Shown in pieces: positions 37,761 through 46,310 of a stretch of DNA of 64,000 nt. Source of the stretch: Candidatus Babelota bacterium (GTDB lineage: Bacteria; Babelota; Babeliae; Babelales; CAIQNR01). How positions within the stretch are numbered: the stretch's first letter is position 1; each line of letters begins with the position of its first letter. The stretch covers positions 52,969 to 116,968 of the forward strand of contig CBFHTA010000003.1 in the NCBI GenBank assembly GCA_965658655.1, read 5' to 3'. The notes under the pieces were generated by a model. That model was not told the DNA's origin and made no database searches. It worked only from the letters and a program-made list of their open reading frames with translations. The translations under genes and the position numbers were made by a program.

Positions 37761-40700
37761 TGATTTCCTCCTTGCTCACTTTGCAGAGATCCACTTGTAC
37801 CCCTAAACTTTGCAACTCTTTAATCAAAACGTTAAACGATTCTGGTAAACCTGGTTCAGGAATAGTATCGTTTCTAACAATCGCTTCATACACACGATGC
37901 CTTCCAGTTACGTCATCTGATTTGTAAGTTAACATCTCTTGTAACGTATACGCAGCACCATGTGCTTTAAGAGCCCATACTTCCATTTCACCAAGACGCT
38001 GTCCACCCATTTGAGCTTTACCACCAAGTGGCTGCTGTGTAACCAATGAGTAAGGACCAACAGAACGAGCATGCAACTTATCGTCAACCATATGATTCAA
38101 TTTCAACATGTAAATAGAACCTACTGTAACTGGTTGATCAAACAATTGCCCTGTTCTACCGTCACGTAATGTATAAGTTGCACATTCTGGAAGATTTAAA
38201 TCTTTAAGAATTGGCTTAATATCTTTGTCAAACTTTGGTGCTTCAAAAACTGGAACTTCATAGCGAACACCCTCTTTAGCTGTTCTTTGTGCCAATGACT
38301 GAAGACCATCTTTACCGTAGGTTTTCTCAAAGTCTTTTACAAGTTCTACGCCATAATGATGACCCAAAAACTTTTTAACTTCATCTTGACCTTTAGTATC
38401 AATAATCTCTTGAAGTTGTTTTCCAGCTTCTCTACCTGCAAATCCAAGAATTGTCTCTAAGATCTGACCAACGTTCATACGAGCAGGTACACCAATTGGG
38501 TTTAGAACAACGTCAACCGCAGTTCCATCTTCCATATATGGCATATCCTCTCGAGGAACAATAGTAGAAACTACACCTTTGTTACCATGTCGACCCGCTA
38601 TTTTATCACCTACTTTAACAGTACGCTTATGAGCGATATACACTTTAACCATTTTAATAACACCAGAAGGAAGAGGATCACCCTTTTTCAAACGATTGAT
38701 CTTTTCTTCTTTCAAGTTTGCTAAAACATGTACTTGTGTTTCGAACGCAGTAATAGTTTGCTTAATAGATTCAGCTACTTTTTTATCTGCAACTTTAAGA
38801 GCTATCAGCTTTTTAGCATCAGCATCTTTACATTTTGCTTTATCAAACACACCTTTTACTAAGAACTCAGAACCGCTTTTCCCTGCAGGTTTTTGACCAT
38901 GAGCCAAACTTGCAATCTTATTAGCGATCATTCTTTCTAGTAATGAGACATGATGAACTGAATCTGCTTCTAGTTTTTTAACTTGTTTAATAACTTCTTC
39001 TTTATAGCGTTTATCTTTTCTGATACCACTACGAGAGAAAATCTTAACATCAGTAACCATACCCTCAATGCTCGGTGGAACGCGCAATGAAGTATCACGT
39101 ACTTCCCTAGATTTTTCACCAAAGATTGCACGTAATAATTTCTCTTCTGGAGAGTATTGAATGTCACCCTTAAGCGTCACTTTACCAACAAGCACATCAC
39201 CCGCTTTTACACGAGAACCAATCTTAATGATTCCGTCTTCATCCAATGCAGAAAGTGAAGATTCACTTGCATTTGGAATATCACGAGTAATTTCTTCTGG
39301 CCCAAGCTTTGTATCACGAGCATCAACCATGTACTCATCGATAGTAACCGATGTCATAACATCGTCACACACCAACCGCTTATTAAGAATAATAGCATCT
39401 TCAAAGTTATATCCATGCCATGGCATGAACGCTACAATCATATTTGCACCAAGAGCCAACTCACCGTGATCCATTGCAGAGCCATTGGTCAGAACGTCAC
39501 CTTCGTGAACTTTTTGACCCGCTTTAACAATAGGCACATGGTGAATCCAGGTACTCATACTTGATTTTTGGAATTTTTTAAGATTGTAAGTATCGATTCC
39601 TCGAGCTGCCCAATCTTCCACAGATCCAAATTCTTTTTCGTCTGAACGAACAACAATTTTGTCACCTGAAACGTATTCAACAACACCAGGACGGCGTGCA
39701 GTAAGTGCAACACTTGAAGATTTACCAATTTCACGTTCCATACCAGTACCAACAAGAGGAGCCTCTGTTTTAATAAGAGGAACAGCTTGTCGTTGCATGT
39801 TTGCACCCATTAACGCACGAGAAGCATCATCATGCTCCAAGAACGGAATCAATGCTGTAGAAACAGATACTAATTGTTTAGGAGATAAATCGATATAGTC
39901 CACTTGTTCTGTATCAACAGGAAGAAAGTTTGTCTCGTGACGAGCAACTACACGTTTACCTTCAATTTCGTTTTTACCAGGTTTTACTGAATCTGCTTGA
40001 GCAATAAACTTTTCGCTTTCTTGGAACGCATCCATGAAAACAACGTCTTTTTGAATCTTACCGTCTTTAACAGGACGATACGCGGTTTCAATAAACCCAA
40101 GATCATTCACCATCGCATACGATGCAAGAGATGAAATCAAACCAATTGTTTGACCCTCAGGAGTTTCAATAGGACAAATACGACCGTAGTGAGAAGTGTG
40201 CACATCACGAATTTCGAATGTTGCACGATCCTTCATAACACCACCGGGCCCAAGAGCTGATAAACGACGCTTATGCGCAACTTCAGCAAGTGGATTTGTT
40301 TGGTCCATAAACTGAGACAATTGACCTGTTCCAAAAAACTCTCTTAATACAGCACTCAATGGTTTTACATTAAGAAGATCTTGCGGCATTAATGTACCAT
40401 ACGCTTCTTGCATTCTGAATCTTTCACGAACAATACGCTCGATACGCAAGAATCCAAGATATACTTGGTTACTAAGCAATTCACCTACAAGACGAACACG
40501 TCTGTTACCTAAGTGATCGATATCATCTAATTCACCTTCTGCACGTTCACGCAAACCTACTAAATACTTAATAGTCGCAAAAATATCATCACGCGTAAGC
40601 GCACGTACATCTTCAGGAATAGAAAGACCAAGCTTTCTGTTTAAACGAATACGACCAACTGATGTAAGATCATAAAAACGTGAATTAAAGAACATATTTT

Positions 40701-42063
40701 CTAAACGTTCTTTAACTTCATCCAGAGTTGAGTTATCTCCTGGCCATACTTTTGAATGCAATTCTTTTAATGCTTCATTTTGTGTAGCGCATTGATCTTG
40801 AAGCAAAGTTGTTGCAAGTGTCGGCTGGAAAATATAACCAGACGAACTTACCATAGCAAATGAAAGTTTATCTTGTTCTAGAAGTTGTCCATATAGTTCA
40901 TCTGTTAGTGTTTCACCCTGCTCTGCAAGAATTTCCCCTGTTTCAGGAGAGATAACATCTTGTGCAAAAACACGATTAACAAGATTTTCTTTTTCTAGAG
41001 AAAGTTTTTTAATACCAAGAGAGATAAGCTTTGACAATAATGCTTGATCAATACGACGACCCAAAAAGTCTGCTTCGTGTTTTGCAGGAATCATTCCTCG
41101 CTCAATACGACGACCAATAAGGGAGTTATCTACCAAACTATAACATTTACCTTTTGCAACATGTACTTTTTCTGTTTGATAAAAGTGAGAAATAATCTCT
41201 TCGCGCGGAATACCCAACGCTTGCAAGAACGTAGTAACAAGGATCTTTTTCTTTTTATCAATACGCACATACAAGTGATCACTACTATCAAATTCAAAAT
41301 CCATCCACGAACCACGCATTGGAATAATACGAGCTAGATAGTAAGGACGACCACGAACATCTTTTATTTTTTTACTTTGAGAAAAAACTGCACCAGGTGA
41401 ACGATGCAACTGACTTACTACTACACGATCAATACCATTGATCAAAAATGTACCGTCAGTCCCTAATTGCAAGCGACCTGTTTTTTCGTGAATATCTGCC
41501 ATGATTGGCACATCTGCAAAGAAAATATCTTGCTCTTTAATATCACGAACAATACGGTCTTTACCTTCTCCATCCCAACAAATTAATTGTACCTTAATTT
41601 TGAGAGGAAGAGAAAAAGTTTGCCCGTTAGAACGACATTCATCAACATCCATAGGAAGTTGAATCGCCACACGAGACAAACAAACAGCACATGTTTTATA
41701 ACGCGCTGTTTTTGGGGCGGATTTATCAGTAGCCAAGTTAGAAGTCCCTGACTTCTTAGTGACAGGACAATACCACGCATAGCGACTTTCTATGCCGGTC
41801 AACTTTCCACAGGTACAAGCCCAGTTGCCCAATTCGTAACTAATATAATCCAAAGACATTTTTTCATTGTAATCAATGGGGAAAATGTCACGCAAAACCT
41901 TTTCAAGACCTATAACTTGTCTTTCTGAAGGGAGATAATCCAATTGAACAAAATCATTAAAAGACTTTGACTGGATCTCAATCAAATTGGGTACAGGAAC
42001 ATTGTCCTTAGCATCATTAAACGATCGTCTGATCGTATCTGTGCCCATCTGCAGGCTACTCAT
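37753..42063 (-). CDS. rpoB: RNA polymerase beta subunit (with N-terminal Cys-rich insertion)
   Basis: QLSQFMDQ..HKRRLSALGPGG, GDKIAGRHGNKG, HMVDDKLHAR, GQRLGEMEVW. Confidence 0.99.
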   Translation of the reverse strand: MSSLQMGTDTIRRSFNDAKDNVPVPNLIEIQSKSFNDFVQLDYLPSERQVIGLEKVLRDIFPIDYNEKMSLDYISYELGNWACTCGKLTGIESRYAWYCPVTKKSGTSNLATDKSAPKTARYKTCAVCLSRVAIQLPMDVDECRSNGQTFSLPLKIKVQLICWDGEGKDRIVRDIKEQDIFFADVPIMADIHEKTGRLQLGTDGTFLINGIDRVVVSQLHRSPGAVFSQSKKIKDVRGRPYYLARIIPMRGSWMDFEFDSSDHLYVRIDKKKKILVTTFLQALGIPREEIISHFYQTEKVHVAKGKCYSLVDNSLIGRRIERGMIPAKHEADFLGRRIDQALLSKLISLGIKKLSLEKENLVNRVFAQDVISPETGEILAEQGETLTDELYGQLLEQDKLSFAMVSSSGYIFQPTLATTLLQDQCATQNEALKELHSKVWPGDNSTLDEVKERLENMFFNSRFYDLTSVGRIRLNRKLGLSIPEDVRALTRDDIFATIKYLVGLRERAEGELDDIDHLGNRRVRLVGELLSNQVYLGFLRIERIVRERFRMQEAYGTLMPQDLLNVKPLSAVLREFFGTGQLSQFMDQTNPLAEVAHKRRLSALGPGGVMKDRATFEIRDVHTSHYGRICPIETPEGQTIGLISSLASYAMVNDLGFIETAYRPVKDGKIQKDVVFMDAFQESEKFIAQADSVKPGKNEIEGKRVVARHETNFLPVDTEQVDYIDLSPKQLVSVSTALIPFLEHDDASRALMGANMQRQAVPLIKTEAPLVGTGMEREIGKSSSVALTARRPGVVEYVSGDKIVVRSDEKEFGSVEDWAARGIDTYNLKKFQKSSMSTWIHHVPIVKAGQKVHEGDVLTNGSAMDHGELALGANMIVAFMPWHGYNFEDAIILNKRLVCDDVMTSVTIDEYMVDARDTKLGPEEITRDIPNASESSLSALDEDGIIKIGSRVKAGDVLVGKVTLKGDIQYSPEEKLLRAIFGEKSREVRDTSLRVPPSIEGMVTDVKIFSRSGIRKDKRYKEEVIKQVKKLEADSVHHVSLLERMIANKIASLAHGQKPAGKSGSEFLVKGVFDKAKCKDADAKKLIALKVADKKVAESIKQTITAFETQVHVLANLKEEKINRLKKGDPLPSGVIKMVKVYIAHKRTVKVGDKIAGRHGNKGVVSTIVPREDMPYMEDGTAVDVVLNPIGVPARMNVGQILETILGFAGREAGKQLQEIIDTKGQDEVKKFLGHHYGVELVKDFEKTYGKDGLQSLAQRTAKEGVRYEVPVFEAPKFDKDIKPILKDLNLPECATYTLRDGRTGQLFDQPVTVGSIYMLKLNHMVDDKLHARSVGPYSLVTQQPLGGKAQMGGQRLGEMEVWALKAHGAAYTLQEMLTYKSDDVTGRHRVYEAIVRNDTIPEPGLPESFNVLIKELQSLGVQVDLCKVSKEEINE

Positions 42064-42125
42064 TCAGCCGCTCCTTATACAAAACGGTACATCCATAAAC
42101 GACGCGCTTCATTACAAGGGAGAGA

Positions 42126-42515
42126 TTAAGATAATTCTACCTTAGCTCCTGCAGCCTCTAATACTTCCTTCATTTTTTTTGCATCTTCTTTAGATGCCGC
42201 TTCAGCAATAACTGTTGGTGCTTCTACAACAGCTTTCTTAGCTTCACCTAGTGGAATATCTTTTACCACTTCACGAAGTGCTTTAATAACTTTAACAGTT
42301 GGATTAGAACCAGCTTCTTTCAAAGTAACTTTGTACTCTGATTTTTCTTCTGCTGCTGGTGCTGCTTCACCTGCTGCTGGTGCTGCGCCCGCTACTGCTA
42401 CAGGTGCCGCTGAAACACCAAATTTCTCTTCCAACGCTTTAACCATTTCTGCCAATTCTAGAACTGACATTTCACCGATTTGATCAATCATTTTTTCGTA
42501 AGATTTACCCGCCAT
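42126..42515 (-). CDS. rplL: 50S ribosomal protein L7/L12
   Basis: LEEKFGVSAA, VIKALRE, LEAAGAKVEL. Confidence 0.96.
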   Translation of the reverse strand: MAGKSYEKMIDQIGEMSVLELAEMVKALEEKFGVSAAPVAVAGAAPAAGEAAPAAEEKSEYKVTLKEAGSNPTVKVIKALREVVKDIPLGEAKKAVVEAPTVIAEAASKEDAKKMKEVLEAAGAKVELS

Positions 42516-42562
42516 GGACATGCTCCCAAAAATTAAACCACTATTATTTAAAATTTATTTAC

Positions 42563-43087
42563 TTAACTATTTAGCTTCTTCTGCTCTACCTGTTTCAAAA
42601 CGTATACAAGACGTGCGATAAGTTGATGTAAAAGACTTGTAAGACTTGCATAAGGTGCTTGCAATGTTGCAGCCACATGACCCAACAATACCTCACGAGA
42701 AGGCAGCGTTGCCATTACCTTAATAGCAGATTCATCTAACAAACTTGCATCCATTGTACCAACAACAACACGCAGAGCTTCCATTTTTTTTGAAAATGTG
42801 CACAATACCTTTGCAATTGCTGGAACCTCTTTCTTGGCAAAAACAAGTCCTACTTGCTCACCCATATAAGGTTCTAAGCTTTGCACAGACTCAACTTCTT
42901 GAAGCGCACGCTTCATAAGACGAACTTTTGCAACTTGCAAACGCCCTTCTTCTTTTCGAAGCTCGCCTCTTAAACTTTCCAGCTCTTCAACTGTTAGCCC
43001 TTTTACTCCCACCAAGAAAGAAGCTGCGCTATCCGAAAATTGTTCTTTAATAGAAGCAACAACAACTTCTTTTTGCGATCTATTCAT
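42563..43087 (-). CDS. rplJ: 50S ribosomal protein L10
   Basis: GLTVEELESLR, LPSREVLL; position between rplA and rplL. Confidence 0.94.
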   Translation of the reverse strand: MNRSQKEVVVASIKEQFSDSAASFLVGVKGLTVEELESLRGELRKEEGRLQVAKVRLMKRALQEVESVQSLEPYMGEQVGLVFAKKEVPAIAKVLCTFSKKMEALRVVVGTMDASLLDESAIKVMATLPSREVLLGHVAATLQAPYASLTSLLHQLIARLVYVLKQVEQKKLNS

Positions 43088-43097
43088 AGCTTCTACC

Positions 43098-43790
43098 TTA
43101 TTTAAGCAACTCGTCAACTAGGATGCTTGAGCCAATCCCCATCGACGAAGACATTGTGAGTTTTTTAATAAACTTACCCTTTGAAGAAGGTGGCTTAGAA
43201 GCCATAAGCGCTTTTACAAATGCAAGTACATTTTCTTTAAGAGCTTTTTCTTCAAATGAAACTTTTCCAAGAGAAAAATGAACAATTGCATTCTTATCAT
43301 TCTTGAAGAATACACGTCCACCTTTCAACTCTTTAACAATATGAGCAACATCAAATGTTACTGTTCCAATTTTTTTGTTAGGCAACAACCCTCGAGGTCC
43401 CAAAATTTTTGCTAATTTACCAACAGCTCCCATTACATCAGGAGTCGCTACTGCATAGTCAAATTCCATCCAACCATTGTTAATTTTATCAATAAGCTCT
43501 TCGAGCCCAACATGATCAGCCCCTGCTTGTTGAGCTTCTTCTACATTTTTGCCTTTAGCAAAAACAACCACACGAACTTTTTTACCAGTCCCATGCGGTA
43601 ACATTACTGAACCTCGAACAACTTGGTCACCCTTAGATGGGTCGATACCAACGTTAACATCAACATCAACGCTTTCATCAAACGATGCGTACGCCTTACT
43701 TTTTGTACGAGCAACAGCATCATTTAACGAAAAAAAGCTTCCGGGCTCTTGCCCTTCTACAGCGTTTTTATATTTTTTTCCATGTTTCAT
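43098..43790 (-). CDS. rplA: 50S ribosomal protein L1
   Basis: FDESVD, VRGSVMLPHGTGK, ILGPRGLLPN. Confidence 0.97.
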   Translation of the reverse strand: MKHGKKYKNAVEGQEPGSFFSLNDAVARTKSKAYASFDESVDVDVNVGIDPSKGDQVVRGSVMLPHGTGKKVRVVVFAKGKNVEEAQQAGADHVGLEELIDKINNGWMEFDYAVATPDVMGAVGKLAKILGPRGLLPNKKIGTVTFDVAHIVKELKGGRVFFKNDKNAIVHFSLGKVSFEEKALKENVLAFVKALMASKPPSSKGKFIKKLTMSSSMGIGSSILVDELLK

Positions 43791-43815
43791 ACATCATTCC
43801 TTAACAAAACCTGTA

Positions 43816-44241
43816 TTAGCCTTCGATGATATCCACGCCCATACTACGAGCCGTACCTTCTACCACTTTTTTAGCCGCATCTAAATCAACTGCATTAAGA
43901 TCAGGCATCTTCACTTTGGCAATCTCTTCAACATCAGACTTCTTCAACTTCCCAACTTTATTTTCATTAGGACGAGAAGACCCTTTTGAAAGATTCAACT
44001 TCTTCTTGATCATCTCAGAAGTAGGTGCAGTTTTAATAATGAAATCAAACTTTCTGTTCTTGTAAATAGTAATAATTACAGGAACAGTTTCACCTTTACG
44101 CTGAGCTGTCTGTGCGTTAAACGCCTTACAGAAATCCATAATGTTAACACCCTGCGGACCAAGCGCAGTACCAATTTTACCAGCCGGAGTCGCAGAGCCT
44201 CCAGGGATCTGAACTTTTATTTTTGCTTTTATTTCCGCCAT
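43816..44241 (-). CDS. rplK: 50S ribosomal protein L11
   Basis: GVNIMDFCKAFNAQT, KMPDLNA, GTARSMG. Confidence 0.97.
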   Translation of the reverse strand: MAEIKAKIKVQIPGGSATPAGKIGTALGPQGVNIMDFCKAFNAQTAQRKGETVPVIITIYKNRKFDFIIKTAPTSEMIKKKLNLSKGSSRPNENKVGKLKKSDVEEIAKVKMPDLNAVDLDAAKKVVEGTARSMGVDIIEG

Positions 44242-44258
44242 GCCTAACCTTTATGCTC

Positions 44259-44783
44259 TTATTTTTTTATTTGATCAAAAGTAAGTTCGACCGGTGTTAA
44301 ACGTCCAAAAATACTTACCATAACCGTTAATCGCTCATTCTCTTCATCTATTTTTTCAATAATACCTACAAATCCTGCAAACGGACCTTCAGAAATATCA
44401 ACTTCTCCGCCTTCGCTAAGATCTGTCTTCTGAGCAGATACAACAGCCACTTCCCCTTTAACTTGACCGAGAATACGATCAATTTCTTTCTTTGTTAAAG
44501 AAGCTGGATCATGTTGCCCGCCTAAAAATTTCAAAACTTTTGGTGTTGATGTAACGAAGTTTATTGTTTCAGGATCTTTCTCCATTTCTACAAGAATATA
44601 TCCCGGAAAAAGACGCTCATCAGCCTCATCTTCTCCTAATGCAAAAAAACTTTTTAATTTTGCAGAAGGAACAAGAACCTGACCGAGACGTTCATCTTTA
44701 CCAGCCGCAATACGCTTGGTAAGGTCTTTTTGAACAACCTCTTCATATCCTGCATATACTTGAGCTACATACCATTTTTTCAT
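44259..44783 (-). CDS. nusG: Transcription termination/antitermination factor NusG
   Basis: WYVAQVYAGYE, FPGYILVEM, GPFAGF KOW, IFGRLTPVEL. Confidence 0.97.
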   Translation of the reverse strand: MKKWYVAQVYAGYEEVVQKDLTKRIAAGKDERLGQVLVPSAKLKSFFALGEDEADERLFPGYILVEMEKDPETINFVTSTPKVLKFLGGQHDPASLTKKEIDRILGQVKGEVAVVSAQKTDLSEGGEVDISEGPFAGFVGIIEKIDEENERLTVMVSIFGRLTPVELTFDQIKK

Positions 44784-44810
44784 GGACAAACAGACCCTAT
44801 TCTAAAAACT

Positions 44811-45002
44811 TTAAAAAACACGTGCTGCTAGACCTGTAAACAAGAAATCTACAAAACCAACATATACAGCAAAAAACACTACCAATAATAATACAATCAC
44901 CGTTGAACCAATAAGATCACTTCTCGTCGGCCAAACAACCTTTGAGAACTCTCTCTTAACTCCACGCAAAAACTGTATTCCGTCATTAAATTTTTCTACC
45001 AT
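44811..45002 (-). CDS. secE: Preprotein translocase subunit SecE
   Basis: EFSKVVWPTR followed by one TM segment. Confidence 0.95.
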   Translation of the reverse strand: MVEKFNDGIQFLRGVKREFSKVVWPTRSDLIGSTVIVLLLVVFFAVYVGFVDFLFTGLAARVF

Positions 45003-45026
45003 CTACTATCCTATTCAGATTGAATC

Positions 45027-45103
45027 TGGCAGGCCAGGAGGGATTCGAACCCCCAACCATCAGATTTGGAGTCTGCCGCTCTACCAATTCGAGCTACTGG
45101 CCT
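45027..45103 (-). tRNA. tRNA-Trp(CCA)
   Basis: Cloverleaf with ctCCAaa anticodon loop, encoded CCA; canonical position before secE. Confidence 0.95.
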
Positions 45104-45116
45104 CCGAAAAAACATC

Positions 45117-45275
45117 TTATTTCGTTTCCTTATGAGGACAGTGTTTGCGGCACTTTGCACAATACTTATTTAGCTTCAGTGACCCTACTGTTCTTTTTTT
45201 AGAAACAACTTGTGTATAATTGCGATCTTTGCAACCTTCACAAGAAAGATTGGTAATTACTTTATTTTTTGCCAT
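45117..45275 (-). CDS. rpmG: 50S ribosomal protein L33 (zinc-binding form); not in ORF track
   Basis: Translated by hand: MAKNKVITNLSCEGCKDRNYTQVVSKKRTVGSLKLNKYCAKCRKHCPHKETK. Confidence 0.95.
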   Translation of the reverse strand: MAKNKVITNLSCEGCKDRNYTQVVSKKRTVGSLKLNKYCAKCRKHCPHKETK

Positions 45276-45322
45276 TTTCTACCTTAAAGTTCTAATTTTT
45301 TACCCTAAAAATAGCGGAAGCA

Positions 45323-45398
45323 TGGAGCCCGCGACCGGATTTGAACCGGTGACCTCTCCCTTACCATGGGAGCGCTCTACCTACTGAGCTACGTGGGC
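45323..45398 (-). tRNA. tRNA-Thr(GGT)
   Basis: ctccc-atGGTaa-gggag anticodon arm, encoded CCA. Confidence 0.93.
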
Positions 45399-45559
45399 CA
45401 CTTTAAACAAGCGGCCAAATTCAGGCATATTCTAAGCGTAAAGCAAAAAATATAAAAAGACAAATCCTTTTTGCCTTCTTTAAAGGCTTTTTCGCCCTTT
45501 TATTTACTTTTTTACTCCATCACAACCAATTTACCCACATCTGAGCCTAATCTTAAGCT

Positions 45560-45635
45560 TGGAGCTGGCGATCGGACTTGAACCGATGACCTACTGATTA
45601 CAAATCAGTTGCTCTACCAACTGAGCTACGCCAGC
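45560..45635 (-). tRNA. tRNA-Thr(TGT)
   Basis: ctgat-tTGTa-atcag anticodon arm, encoded CCA. Confidence 0.95.
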
Positions 45636-45650
45636 GTCTTTATTTGATAA

Positions 45651-45726
45651 TGGAGCGGGAAACGGGACTCGAACCCGCAACCTACAGCTTGGAAGGCTGT
45701 CGCTCTACCAATTGAGCTATTCCCGC
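45651..45726 (-). tRNA. tRNA-Gly(TCC)
   Basis: cagc-cttTCCa-agctg type anticodon arm (gccttccaagc), GCGGGAA acceptor stem, encoded CCA. Confidence 0.95.
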
Positions 45727-45793
45727 ACATATCTGCCTTAAAGCCTTACCAGAAACTGGCTGTGCCAGACAAAGTTCCGCAAAGAACAAGGAC

Positions 45794-45878
<85 letters not shown>

Positions 45879-45972
45879 TTATTTTGGCTTTTCTATCAAA
45901 TAACATTTCAAACACGTGTTGATAGGATAATGTTTTTCTTTTGTAATTTCAAATTTAACTTTAGTTTTTTTT

Positions 45973-46185
45973 TTATCTATTCTCAGACTCTTTAACTTCT
46001 TTAAGAATTTCATATACCTCTTCAACGCAACTGGAGCACCCTGTACCCACTCCAAGCATGTCAGAAAGTTGCTCAAAAGTATCTGCTCCTTGATCAATTG
46101 CTTCAACAATTTGACTGTACATAACTTCCATACAGGTACACACCAAATAATCAGGCCGTGCAGACAATAAACTTTTCTCACTCAT
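45973..46185 (-). CDS. BFD-like [2Fe-2S]-binding protein
   Basis: VCTC...GVGTGCSSC cysteine pattern; GAAGGGG RBS. Confidence 0.85.
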   Translation of the reverse strand: MSEKSLLSARPDYLVCTCMEVMYSQIVEAIDQGADTFEQLSDMLGVGTGCSSCVEEVYEILKEVKESENR

Positions 46186-46310
46186 CGAAAACCCCTTCCT
46201 AGTACTAAAAAAGATTGACTAAGCCCATAGATACATTATCCTAAACCTTACTATGCTGCTACACCGTAGTATGTCATTATTTTATTCAATGTTCTACTTT
46301 TAGGGGTTTT

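Noticed and set aside
40240..40345. Rifampicin-resistance changes in RpoB cluster I
   Set aside because: Key Q, D, H, R and S residues are intact; NPLAE also occurs in susceptible bacteria.
33627..42063. Many 60-115 aa antisense or alternate-frame ORFs inside rpoB/rpoC, and similar ones inside pnp, yidC, rplS, rpsP and uvrD
   Set aside because: Fully nested in conserved genes with no recognisable motifs; expected shadow ORFs.
45020..45202. 60-aa plus-strand ORF
   Set aside because: Antisense to tRNA-Trp and rpmG.
45879..46181. 100-aa minus-strand ORF overlapping the BFD-like gene
   Set aside because: The 45973-46185 frame has the Cys motif and RBS; this is an alternate frame.
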